Part shown: piece by piece, positions 26,246-35,250 of the stretch
How the letters are laid out: each line of letters begins with the position of its first letter
How positions within the stretch are numbered: position 1 is the stretch's first letter
Origin: Candidatus Nomurabacteria bacterium
GTDB taxonomy: Bacteria; Patescibacteriota; Minisyncoccia; Phycocordibacterales; SBAW01
DNA length: 64,000 nt
Direction of reading: 5' to 3'
Assembly (NCBI GenBank): GCA_943356495.1
Contig: CALRFF010000002.1
Coordinates: 12,596-76,595 of the forward strand
Program-made: the position numbers and the translations under genes
The notes under the pieces: model-generated
The model's database searches: none
What the model saw: the letters and a program-made list of their open reading frames with translations, nothing else
Told to the model about the DNA's origin: nothing

Positions 26246-28360
26246 ATGAAAACTAAAAGTTATTCGCTTGAGGTGGGCGGCAAGCAGATGGTCGCCGAGT
26301 TTACCGACCTGGCCGAACAGGCTAATGGCTCGGTAATACTCCGCTACGGCGACACGGCTGTACTCGCCACTGCGGTTATGAGCGGCCGCACACGCGACGA
26401 CATCGATTATTTTCCCCTCACCGTCGATTACGAGGAGCGCTTCTACGCCGCAGGTACCATAGGCGGCAGCCGTTTTATGCGCCGCGAGGGCCGGCCGTCT
26501 GACGCCGCAATACTCAGCGGCCGCATCGTTGACCGTACTATCCGCCCGCTCTTCCCTCAACATATCCGCAACGAAGTACAAGTAGTCATTACTATGTTGG
26601 CGCTGGGGGACGAAAAACCCGCGACGATCGCGGTCAACGCTGCGTCTATTGCGCTCGCGGTGTCTGACATACCGTGGAATGGACCCGTTGCGGCAGTGCA
26701 CTTGGTCGAAAAAAACTTCGACCTTGTTGCCTGCGGCAAAGACGGCACTATTAATATGATCGAGGTCGGCGCGCAGCAGGTTGACGAGGCAACCATTGCA
26801 AACGGTTTTGCCAAGTCGGTAGAGGAGCACAACAAAATCTTGGCGTGGCAAAAACAAATTATCGCCGAGCTGGGCAAACCTAAGCGCGATGCGACCAAAC
26901 CCGAGTTGCCGGCCGAGGTTGCGCAACTGTTTGAGGCCGAATTTGCCGCCAAGGTAACGCCCGCGGTCTTTTGCGGCATTGCCGGCAAAGACGAAATCCA
27001 TCACCTGACCGACGCGTGGATGGCCCGCGCTAAAGAGATAGAGACGCTTAAAGACATTAAATCCGGCGTACTCAAACGTTTTATCGAAGACAAAGTAGAC
27101 GAAGAGATCCATCGCGGCGCAATAGAGGACAACAAGCGCGCCGACAACCGCCCGTTCGACCAGCTGCGCCCGCTGTTTGCCAAAGCCGGCGGCGTTTCGC
27201 CGGTACTGCACGGCTCGGGGATCTTTTACCGCGGCGGTACGCACGTGTTTACCGCGCTTACCCTCGGCGGCCCCGGCGACAGCCAAGTCATCGATACGAT
27301 GGAGGAGCACGACGGTAAAAAACGCTTTATGCATCACTACAACTTCCCGCCGTACTCGGCGGGGGAAACCGGCCGCATGGGCGGTGTTAACCGCCGCGCC
27401 ACCGGCCACGGTGCCCTTGCCGAAAAAGCTTTGGCCGCGGTTATACCCGATGCAGTCGACTTCCCCTACACCATACGCTTGGTCTCCGAGTGTTTGGCGA
27501 GCAACGGCTCGACCTCGATGGGCTCGGCTTGTGCATCGACGCTCGCGCTCATGGACGGCGGCGTACCGATAAAAGCGCCGGTTGCGGGTATTGCGATGGG
27601 TGTCATGACCCACAACGGCAAACACAAAGTGATGACCGATATCCAAGGCCCCGAAGACGAATTTGGCGGCATGGACTTTAAGGTGGCGGGTACGCGCAAC
27701 GGGGTTACCGCGATACAGCTCGACATCAAACTCGACGGCATCCCGCTCGAGGTACTGACCGAGGCTCTGCAGGGCGCAAAAGTTGCCCGCGCGCAGATAC
27801 TCGACGTGATAGAGAAGGAAATTGGTGCACCGCGCGCAACCATTAGCCCACGCGCGCCCGAAATTTTGACTATGCGCGTCAAACCCGACCAGATCGGTAT
27901 GGTTATCGGTGGTGGTGGCAAAACAATCAACGGTATTAAAGATGTATGCCAGGTAGATGATATTACGATAGAAGACGACGGCTCGATATTTATCACCGGC
28001 AAAAACGGTAGCGCCCAAAAAGCCAAAGTCATGATCGAGGCTATTGTTAAAGAGTACAAAGCGGGCGAGGTCTACGACGGCGAAGTTACCCGCATGATGG
28101 ACTTTGGCGCGTTTATGCGCGTCGGGGTGGGCAAAGATGCCGAGGGGCTGGTGCATGTTTCTGAAGTGGCGCCGTTTCGTATCGACAAAATAGGCACGGC
28201 GCTTAAAGTGGGGGACAAAGTCCGCGTTATGATAAAGGAGATAGACGACAAAGGACGCATCAACCTGTCTATCAAAGCCGTAGACCCCGAGTGGGCAACA
28301 AAAAAAGGCCTTACCCCAAGCACCAATGCCGGACCAACCAGCAGACCCCCTAGATCCTAA
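26246..28360 (+). CDS. pnp: Polyribonucleotide nucleotidyltransferase (PNPase)
   Basis: Two RNase PH domains, KH (MVIGGGGKTINGI) and S1 domains; start at MKTKSYSL with TACAGT 6 nt upstream. Confidence 0.9.
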   Translation: MKTKSYSLEVGGKQMVAEFTDLAEQANGSVILRYGDTAVLATAVMSGRTRDDIDYFPLTVDYEERFYAAGTIGGSRFMRREGRPSDAAILSGRIVDRTIRPLFPQHIRNEVQVVITMLALGDEKPATIAVNAASIALAVSDIPWNGPVAAVHLVEKNFDLVACGKDGTINMIEVGAQQVDEATIANGFAKSVEEHNKILAWQKQIIAELGKPKRDATKPELPAEVAQLFEAEFAAKVTPAVFCGIAGKDEIHHLTDAWMARAKEIETLKDIKSGVLKRFIEDKVDEEIHRGAIEDNKRADNRPFDQLRPLFAKAGGVSPVLHGSGIFYRGGTHVFTALTLGGPGDSQVIDTMEEHDGKKRFMHHYNFPPYSAGETGRMGGVNRRATGHGALAEKALAAVIPDAVDFPYTIRLVSECLASNGSTSMGSACASTLALMDGGVPIKAPVAGIAMGVMTHNGKHKVMTDIQGPEDEFGGMDFKVAGTRNGVTAIQLDIKLDGIPLEVLTEALQGAKVARAQILDVIEKEIGAPRATISPRAPEILTMRVKPDQIGMVIGGGGKTINGIKDVCQVDDITIEDDGSIFITGKNGSAQKAKVMIEAIVKEYKAGEVYDGEVTRMMDFGAFMRVGVGKDAEGLVHVSEVAPFRIDKIGTALKVGDKVRVMIKEIDDKGRINLSIKAVDPEWATKKGLTPSTNAGPTSRPPRS

Positions 28361-29435
28361 GAGCTTTCTCCTCCCCAAAAAAGAGGGCGGTCCTTCGCCT
28401 ATCTCTGCCCAGCGCGTAAACGCGGGGGAGCTTTTGGCACAGGAAGTTAAAGCTGAATTACCGAAAGCGCCAGTGCCTGTCGCCAGCGCTCCAGCCGCAC
28501 CAAAAAAAGAAGAGTCGCAGGTGCGCGCAGTCCAAACATACACCAGCGATATCAGCCGCGTCGTCGAGCAAGGCGGTGTTTCGACCGTTTCTATCGCCGC
28601 GGCCGAGGCCGAGCGCCGCCACAAAGGCACCGAGGATGGGGTGGTAGAAGTGGCGCGCCAACCCGCGCAAGACGGCCCTTCGCGCCTGCGCTTGGTGCTT
28701 ATCGCCACCAGTATTATCTTTGTGTTGTCGGGCATTATTATACTGGCCGCGTTTTTGATACCGCCGGCTGCGCCACAGCAAGCGGCAGAGCCGCAGACGC
28801 CGTTTATTGCGGTCGATAAAACAACCCCTATTGCCACCGACGGCACGGGTGCACGCGATATTGTAATGACCGAGCTCGAGGCGGCACGCGAGCAGGTTAA
28901 CCTTTCCTTAGGGTTGATAGAGCGTCTGCTGCCCGCCACCCCCAACGCCATAACCGGCCTTGCCGACGCACTACCCGCACAAAAGTTTTTTGAGCTTATC
29001 GCCCCCAACATGCCGGTGGACCTGCTGCGCACCGTAGCGCCGGTGTTTTTGCTGGGCGTGCACTCGTTTGATGAAAACCAGTCCCTGTTGATACTGCGCG
29101 TCGACTCCTACCAGCAGGCCTACTCGGGGTTGCTCGCGTGGGAGCACACCATGCCGCAGGAGCTTGCACCGCTGTTTACCCGCCGGCCAAGCCTGCACAT
29201 ACCGGGTACCGCGCCGGCGCCCACCGCCTCGACCACTCCGCAGTTTATACAAACAGGGTTTGTCGACCGCGTGGTCGAAAACCATGACGCCCGCGTGTTG
29301 GAAAATAGTACCGGCGACATATTGCTGCTGTGGACATTCTTGGACCGCAATACGGTCATTATTACGACCAACGAGTTTACCTTGCGCGAGGTATTGCGCC
29401 GCCTTACCACCGCCGCATTGGTGCCGAGGATGTAG
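28326..29435 (+). CDS. Single-pass membrane protein of unknown function
   Basis: 369 aa; Pro/Ala-rich N-terminus, one TM helix, conserved-looking C-terminal domain; overlaps pnp 3' end in another frame. Confidence 0.5.
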   Translation: MPDQPADPLDPKSFLLPKKEGGPSPISAQRVNAGELLAQEVKAELPKAPVPVASAPAAPKKEESQVRAVQTYTSDISRVVEQGGVSTVSIAAAEAERRHKGTEDGVVEVARQPAQDGPSRLRLVLIATSIIFVLSGIIILAAFLIPPAAPQQAAEPQTPFIAVDKTTPIATDGTGARDIVMTELEAAREQVNLSLGLIERLLPATPNAITGLADALPAQKFFELIAPNMPVDLLRTVAPVFLLGVHSFDENQSLLILRVDSYQQAYSGLLAWEHTMPQELAPLFTRRPSLHIPGTAPAPTASTTPQFIQTGFVDRVVENHDARVLENSTGDILLLWTFLDRNTVIITTNEFTLREVLRRLTTAALVPRM

Positions 29436-29465
29436 ACAACGGAGCCGTGTGCTATACTCTTTTGC

Positions 29466-29780
29466 ATGAATAATGCAGAATTGAAAATAAAATTAGAGGA
29501 AGAATTAGATGTAGTGAGCCAAGAGTTGGCCGATTTGGGTGTGGAGGATATTGACCACACCGCCACCGAGCCCGACGAGCTGGCCGACCGCATGGAGGCC
29601 GCCGAGGAAAGCGCGGGGGAGACCGCGGTGCTTAGCGCCCGCCGCAAAGAGATAACCGCGGCGCTTGCCCGCATGGCAGACGGCACCTACGGTATATGCG
29701 AAGAGTGCGGCGAGAAGATAGAGGAGGACCGCTTGGAAGCCAACCCCGCTGCCCGCACCTGCCGGGCGCACATGGAGTAG
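29466..29780 (+). CDS. DksA/TraR-family zinc-finger protein
   Basis: Coiled-coil N-terminus, C-terminal CEECGEKI...C zinc-finger region; 104 aa. Confidence 0.7.
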   Translation: MNNAELKIKLEEELDVVSQELADLGVEDIDHTATEPDELADRMEAAEESAGETAVLSARRKEITAALARMADGTYGICEECGEKIEEDRLEANPAARTCRAHME

Positions 29781-29896
29781 GGCTCCATAAAACGAAGTTT
29801 CCAGGAACGCAGAAAATTTCCTGCTGATAAATTTTCCTAATGCACGGCCTCGACAGGCCTGCATACATTCCTGAAAACTTGTTTTACTCCGCTGCG

Positions 29897-29925
29897 AAAA
29901 CCCGCCAAGGCGGGTTTTCTTGAAC
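29897..29925 (+). terminator. Rho-independent terminator, 117 nt after the dksA-like stop
   Basis: AAAACCCGCC aagg CGGGTTTTCTTG. Confidence 0.75.
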
Positions 29926-29934
29926 CTAAAAAGA

Positions 29935-29969
29935 AAAACCGGCGGACTTTCGTCCGCCGGTTACTTTTT
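29935..29969 (-). terminator. Rho-independent terminator of the minus-strand hypothetical gene
   Basis: Minus strand reads AACCGGCGGAC gaaa GTCCGCCGGTT TTTCTTTTT starting 6 nt after the stop. Confidence 0.85.
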
Positions 29970-30351
29970 ACTTCTGATCGAACAGAAACTGATGCTTCAG
30001 ACCGAAGGGCATATTGACCGTCTCGGTAAAGTTGACCAGTTCAAGGATCGGCCTCTGGGGCACCGGGGGAGGAACACGGAATTCGAGAGTAAAGAACCCC
30101 TTTGCCCAGTCGGTCGTAACCAAAACCCACGACCCCGGTCCGGGCGCTGACAAGAGCCCATTTTCATACCTGACCAGAATTTCGCCCAGACGGTTATGAT
30201 CAAAAGGGACGAGGCCCTTCTTTTCAGCCTTCTGGACAATCTCCTTGAACAGAATCCGATCCTGAGCAACGCTCGACAGGGGAAGTTCGCCAGGCGACAG
30301 GGGACGGCTGGTGGCCGCTAAAACAGTGCGCGCGTTCTGGGACAAATTCAT
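29968..30351 (-). CDS. Hypothetical protein (127 aa)
   Basis: ORF with own terminator, divergent from the TrmB-like regulator; no recognisable domain. Confidence 0.45.
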   Translation of the reverse strand: MNLSQNARTVLAATSRPLSPGELPLSSVAQDRILFKEIVQKAEKKGLVPFDHNRLGEILVRYENGLLSAPGPGSWVLVTTDWAKGFFTLEFRVPPPVPQRPILELVNFTETVNMPFGLKHQFLFDQK

Positions 30352-30432
30352 CTTGCTCTCCTCGGGTTAAGAAGCGTCTGGATTGACCTTCTGCTCTATA
30401 TTTTGCGCTTAATTGGAGTAAAAGTCAATACT

Positions 30433-30512
30433 TAGTCATGGTTTTTATTGCAGTTTTTGATGATTAAAATGCTTGACAAACAAAGAATATTTGCTATCTT
30501 AGTCATATATTT
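30433..30512 (+). promoter_or_regulatory. Divergent promoter/operator region: TTGACA-N16-TATCTT promoter and two CTTAGTCAT direct repeats, second inside an AGTCATATATTTATGACT palindrome
   Basis: Read directly; AT-rich relative to flanks. Confidence 0.5.
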
Positions 30513-31247
30513 ATGACTGTTTACCTAAAAGATGCAATTAAAGGAGGGCTCTCCGCTAAGGCTTCCGCAGTCTATGTTGCCCTCTTAGAGGCGGGAGTAG
30601 CCTTGCCGCCCAAGGCCCTTATTTTGCGCACCAAGCTCCACCGGCAATATGTCTACGACGCCTTGAGGGAGCTGAAAGATCGCCGGCTCGTCGTGACCGA
30701 GGGACAAGGGCACCGTATAAAATATGTCGCTGGGAGCCCAGAAAAACTCTTGCAAGAGGCCGAGAAGGCGCGCCTAGATGCACATGACGCCGTACATGAG
30801 TTGATGAAACTCTACGATCGTTCGCCGGCCGGTGTTGTAGAAATCATCCGCGGACGCGAGGCCGCGATGGAATATGACCTGCGTTCAGTACAAGAAGCGG
30901 AAGACGGAGACCCGCTCGACATCATCGGAGGCGGTGGCCTGCGCTGGGTACACATGGTAGGAAAAGAATTCGAAGAGAAGTGGGGTCGGATTGGCAAAGC
31001 AAAACATATAAAACTGCGCTACATCGGTACAGAAGAGGAAAAGCGCTACAACCGCGAGGAGAGCCCGCTCGAAAATGAATCGCGCGCTATCCCAGGAATT
31101 GGAGATATTGTTACTGTCGTAATCCGCAAAGAAAGTATGCACTTTTGCATTTATGAACCGGAAGTCATGTATGTATTCGTAAAAAATAAAGACGCGGTCA
31201 AAAGCCAACGCGCATTGTTTGAGGTGTTGTGGACCGCGGCAAAATAA
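30513..31247 (+). CDS. TrmB-family winged-helix transcriptional regulator
   Basis: N-terminal wHTH (AVYVALLEAGVALPPKALILRTKLHRQYVYDALRELKDRRLV) typical of TrmB; 244 aa. Confidence 0.6.
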   Translation: MTVYLKDAIKGGLSAKASAVYVALLEAGVALPPKALILRTKLHRQYVYDALRELKDRRLVVTEGQGHRIKYVAGSPEKLLQEAEKARLDAHDAVHELMKLYDRSPAGVVEIIRGREAAMEYDLRSVQEAEDGDPLDIIGGGGLRWVHMVGKEFEEKWGRIGKAKHIKLRYIGTEEEKRYNREESPLENESRAIPGIGDIVTVVIRKESMHFCIYEPEVMYVFVKNKDAVKSQRALFEVLWTAAK

Positions 31248-31375
31248 CCGACGGTATACTAAATCATAGAAGACCAAGCGGAGGGCGGCGTGAGCAAATA
31301 TATAGTCGACGCATTTTGCGGGTATCCCTTCAAACGTAAAAAGGGAAAGAAGAAACACAAGAAGAAAAAGAAAAA

Positions 31376-31406
31376 GCAGCGCCCCAGCTCGGGGCGTTTT
31401 TCTTTT
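31376..31406 (+). terminator. Rho-independent terminator
   Basis: GCGCCCCAGCTCGGGGCG then TTTTTCTTTT. Confidence 0.8.
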
Positions 31407-31441
31407 GAGCGGGCGATGAAATCTTCATTTATACTGTTTGC

Positions 31442-32995
31442 ATGCAGTACGCCAAGGTGTACGGGGCTCAATCATCAGCATTAACTCCCTATCTCGTGGA
31501 GGTCGAGACGGATATTTCTGCCGGACAATTGCACAAATTTGATATCGTGGGTCTTCCCGGCAAAGCTGTTGAAGAGGCGTTGGACAGAGTTGCGGCGGCG
31601 ATAAAACATTCTGGATTTAAATCTCCAAAAGTAAAAAACCAAAAGATTGTTATATCGCTGGCGCCCGCGGATTTAAAAAAAGAGGGGCCGATGTTTGACC
31701 TGCCGATAGCGCTTTCTTACCTGCTTGCGGCCGATGATATCAAGTTTGACCCAGACCCATATGTGTTTGTGGGGGAGCTGTCGCTCGACGGACAAGTAAG
31801 GGGAGTGCGCGGACTGTTACCTTTGGTCGCCGAGGCAAAGCGCAAAAAGAAAAAGGCTATCTTTGTACCAAAAGAAAACGAGTTAGAGGCCGCGCTGGTA
31901 GGTGGTATCGAGGTCTATGGGGTAGAGAGCTTGCAGGAAGTAATCGGATTTTTAAATACCAAAAAATCTCAAGATAAAAAGAAGGTCGGGCAAGAAATAA
32001 AGCTTAGAGCCGCGCCGCAGACCAAGCTACCGGTACCCGACATAGAAACACAATTTTCGTTCGAGGATATACGCGGACAAGAAGGCGCCAAGCGCGCGGC
32101 GGTTATCGCCGCGGCCGGCGGACACAACCTGGGGTTGAGCGGCCCGCCCGGCACCGGCAAAACTATGTTGGCCCGCGCGCTTGCATCGGTACTCCCGCCG
32201 CTTAGCTTCGACGAAGTGTTGGAAGTTAACGGCATACACTCGGTGGCCGGAGCATTGCGCGGCGAGCTGATGGTGATGCCGCCGTTTCGCAGCCCGCACC
32301 ACACATCTTCTTACGTTTCGATAGTCGGCGGCGGTTCGACGCCGCGCCCCGGCGAGGCAACGCTTGCACACCGCGGCGTATTATTTCTCGACGAATTTCC
32401 TGAGTTTGAGCGGCGGGTCATCGAGGCGCTGCGCCAGCCGCTTGAAGATCGGGTAATTAGCGTAGCGCGCGCCAAGGGCACGGCGCAATTTCCCGCGCGG
32501 TTTTGTTTAGTCGCTGCTATGAACCCCTGCCCGTGCGGCAACTACGGCCACCCGGAAATTTCTTGCATATGCACGCCTATCGCGCTCGAGCGCTATCGTC
32601 GCAAAGTATCGGGCCCGATTGCCGACCGCATTGACCTGTGGAGCACGATGGGGCCGGTCGAGCTAGGCGAGCTGGGCAAGCGCAACCCGCACGGGACAGA
32701 AACCGCCGCCGCGCGCGGCCGTATACTCAAGGCCCGCGCCGCGCAAGAAAAACGGTTTAAAAAGTCAGGCAAAACAAATAGCGACCTTAGCCCCCGCGAG
32801 CTCGACGAGCTGGTGCCCCTGCGTCCAACCGTGCGAGTGGTGCTGGAAAAGGCGGGTACGCGGCTCAACCTAAGCCCGCGCGCATTCCATCGCGTCATTA
32901 AAGTCGCGCGCACCATCGCCGACCTCGACGAGTCGCCCGACATTAACGAGTCGCATATTTTAGAGGCCTTGCAATATAGAGAAAGAAAAAGTTAG
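31442..32995 (+). CDS. comM: YifB/ComM-family Mg-chelatase-like AAA+ ATPase
   Basis: Lon-like N-domain, Walker A GPPGTGKT, ChlI-type AAA core, C-terminal domain; TATACT 6 nt upstream of ATG. Confidence 0.85.
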   Translation: MQYAKVYGAQSSALTPYLVEVETDISAGQLHKFDIVGLPGKAVEEALDRVAAAIKHSGFKSPKVKNQKIVISLAPADLKKEGPMFDLPIALSYLLAADDIKFDPDPYVFVGELSLDGQVRGVRGLLPLVAEAKRKKKKAIFVPKENELEAALVGGIEVYGVESLQEVIGFLNTKKSQDKKKVGQEIKLRAAPQTKLPVPDIETQFSFEDIRGQEGAKRAAVIAAAGGHNLGLSGPPGTGKTMLARALASVLPPLSFDEVLEVNGIHSVAGALRGELMVMPPFRSPHHTSSYVSIVGGGSTPRPGEATLAHRGVLFLDEFPEFERRVIEALRQPLEDRVISVARAKGTAQFPARFCLVAAMNPCPCGNYGHPEISCICTPIALERYRRKVSGPIADRIDLWSTMGPVELGELGKRNPHGTETAAARGRILKARAAQEKRFKKSGKTNSDLSPRELDELVPLRPTVRVVLEKAGTRLNLSPRAFHRVIKVARTIADLDESPDINESHILEALQYRERKS

Positions 32996-33002
32996 ATAGG
33001 GT

Positions 33003-33608
33003 ATGCACCGGACTTCTATCAAACACTTATCTAAGGATAAGCACTTGGGCGCGTTTATCCGCGGCTACGGGCCATTGCAATTTCGGCGCGACCACACGCA
33101 AGAACCGTTTCAGGCATTGTGTGAGTCTATTATCTATCAGCAAATTTCAGGCAGCGCGGCCGCGACAATTTTGGCGCGCTTTAAAGCACTGTGGCGAAGA
33201 AAAAAATTCCCTACACCTGCAGATGTACTAAAAATAAAAGTAGACAAGCTGCGCAGTGCAGGCGTTTCTCAACAAAAGGCGGCATATCTTAAAGACTTGG
33301 CTAAAAAATTTACCGACGGCACCGTCGACCCCAAACAATTCCCCACGATGACCGATGCCGAGATTATCAAACACGTTATGGCCGTTAAGGGAATAGGCGA
33401 GTGGACGGCGCAGATGTTCCTCATGTTTACGCTCGCGCGCCCCGACGTGCTGCCGACGGGCGATCTTGGTATACAAAAAGCGTTTCAAAAACTTTTTTCG
33501 CTGCGGAAAAAACCGTCGCCTGCGCGTATGGAAAAGTTGGCGCGCGTCTGGGCCGGCCACCGCACCGTGGCGTGCTTTTATCTGTGGCGCACACTCGACA
33601 GTAAGTAG
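33003..33608 (+). CDS. HhH-GPD DNA glycosylase (AlkA/3-methyladenine glycosylase II-like)
   Basis: HhH motif (VKGIGEWTAQMFLMF) and catalytic Asp context (DLGIQKA). Confidence 0.75.
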   Translation: MHRTSIKHLSKDKHLGAFIRGYGPLQFRRDHTQEPFQALCESIIYQQISGSAAATILARFKALWRRKKFPTPADVLKIKVDKLRSAGVSQQKAAYLKDLAKKFTDGTVDPKQFPTMTDAEIIKHVMAVKGIGEWTAQMFLMFTLARPDVLPTGDLGIQKAFQKLFSLRKKPSPARMEKLARVWAGHRTVACFYLWRTLDSK

Positions 33609-33662
33609 GGTTTCATGCCAAGGGTAGGGAACTTTTGTTTGCGGGCTATGTTATACAGAGGT

Positions 33663-33971
33663 ATGACCAAAAATCCTTTTATAAACGCGGGGGCGGCGGC
33701 TGTGTATATCGGGGGAGTGGTGCTGTTCATCAGCTCCTTGCCCGGCCCTGACCCCGACACGGTGCTTATGCCTATCACTATGCTGTCGCTCTTGGTGCTC
33801 TCGGTGCTTGCTATGACATACTTCTTTTTCCTTGTGCCGGTGCAGCTGTATTTCGACGGGCATAAAAAAGAGGCCGTGAGCCTTTTTACACAAACAACGG
33901 CCATCTTCGCCGTCTTTGTGGCCGCGCTCCTCGGCGCACTCTTGTTATTTATTTCCTACTCGACGGTTTAA
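33663..33971 (+). CDS. Small polytopic membrane protein (start uncertain: 33615, 33648 or 33663)
   Basis: Three predicted TM helices; no recognisable domain. Confidence 0.4.
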   Translation: MTKNPFINAGAAAVYIGGVVLFISSLPGPDPDTVLMPITMLSLLVLSVLAMTYFFFLVPVQLYFDGHKKEAVSLFTQTTAIFAVFVAALLGALLLFISYSTV

Positions 33972-35050
33972 TTTGCAAACGGGTTGACCGCGCCGCGGAC
34001 CTCGAAGTGGAGGTGCGAGCCGGTCGAGGCGCCGGTCGAACCGACCTTGCCTATTATTTCGCCCTGATCAACCGACGCGCCGACCGAGGTCGAGACACGG
34101 CTGAGGTGCGCGTAGAGTGTCTGCGTACCATTACCGTGCGACACCACTACATAGTTACCGTAACCGCCGTTCCAACCGCCGCCCGAGCGAGCGACAATAA
34201 CCGTGCCGGCGGCGGCGGCGTACACATTGTTGCCGGTCGGCGCACCGAAGTCGACACCATTCCAACCGTGGAGACCTTGCGTAATGACGCCGCCCTGCAG
34301 CGGGCGGGAGAAGTAGCCGGAGAGCGCCGGGCCCGAGCCGCCTAGGAAAGGTTCCCCGCTCTTAAGTACTTTAGAAATTGCTTTCGTGCGCGCGGTCGCG
34401 GCAACTTGCGCGGCCGTGGGCGGCGCTTCGCCGTTGGGGACAATCACCACATCGCCGACCGCAAGTACGGCATCATCGGCAAGGTTGTTAAACTGCGCTA
34501 TCTCGCCCGCATCGGCTTTGTGCTTTTTAGCAACCGACGCAAGCGTATCGCCTTTGGCTACCGTGTAGCGCACGCCGGTGACCGGCAAAATAATAAGCTG
34601 GTCGCCTTCTTTAATAACACGCGTATTGTTGGCCCAGACAATGGTGTTGACCGTAACACCGAACATTTTGGCAATGCCCGCGAGCGTGTCGCCTTGGTGC
34701 ACGGTGTACACCGAGATGGCAGAGCTTTGCGGCGCATTGGCGATGTCGGCTGCGGTGCCCTCCGGGCCTTCTTGGGGAAGGAGCGCCGAGCCCTCTACTA
34801 CGTTTACCTCGCCGCCGCCGACCGACGGGCTTGGGTCGATGTTAACGGCAGGGGACAAAAGGGGCACCGTCTGTGAGTTGTATGAGCCGCCGGCCGCGCG
34901 CGTCTCGGTCGCCGTGTGCGACAACAAAGAGCCGAGCGAGAAAAAGCTCGCCGCCGCGGCAAACGGGGCGAGCATAGCGTAAGAGGCGCTGGCTACCACG
35001 GCCATATGCACCAATGCTTTTTTGCACTTATGTAGAAAACTTGAGTTCAA
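33968..35050 (-). CDS. LysM-domain M23-family peptidoglycan endopeptidase
   Basis: Two LysM repeats (YTVHQGDTLAGIAKMFGV.., YTVAKGDTLASVAKKH..) then M23 domain with HLHFEV motif. Confidence 0.85.
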   Translation of the reverse strand: MNSSFLHKCKKALVHMAVVASASYAMLAPFAAAASFFSLGSLLSHTATETRAAGGSYNSQTVPLLSPAVNIDPSPSVGGGEVNVVEGSALLPQEGPEGTAADIANAPQSSAISVYTVHQGDTLAGIAKMFGVTVNTIVWANNTRVIKEGDQLIILPVTGVRYTVAKGDTLASVAKKHKADAGEIAQFNNLADDAVLAVGDVVIVPNGEAPPTAAQVAATARTKAISKVLKSGEPFLGGSGPALSGYFSRPLQGGVITQGLHGWNGVDFGAPTGNNVYAAAAGTVIVARSGGGWNGGYGNYVVVSHGNGTQTLYAHLSRVSTSVGASVDQGEIIGKVGSTGASTGSHLHFEVRGAVNPFAN

Positions 35051-35250
35051 AGGGGTATTTTAACCTGATTTCTGCGTGATTCCGCTAAAAAATGGCTCAA
35101 CTAGGCCATATTTGTAGCTCCCATCCCTGTACTTAACCACTATTACAGGTGCCAACCCGCGGGTCAACGCTTGTACGTGAAGGGTGGGGATAACTGAAGC
35201 CAAAATGAACAAAAAACCTTGTAAATCAAGGGTATTGGGGGTACCCTTGC

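Noticed and set aside
26219-29032. 937-aa minus-strand ORF spanning pnp and the downstream membrane-protein gene
   Set aside because: Antisense to a confidently identified PNPase with all domains. Long stop-free antisense frames are expected at ~60% GC. The product is Ala/Arg/Gly-rich low-complexity with no motifs.
31290-31484. 64-aa Lys-rich ORF (GTG start) between the TrmB-like gene and comM
   Set aside because: It runs through the TrmB terminator hairpin and overlaps the comM start. The lysine run derives from a purine-rich AAAAAGGGAAAGAAGAAA tract. More likely 3' UTR than a gene, though a small basic peptide cannot be excluded.
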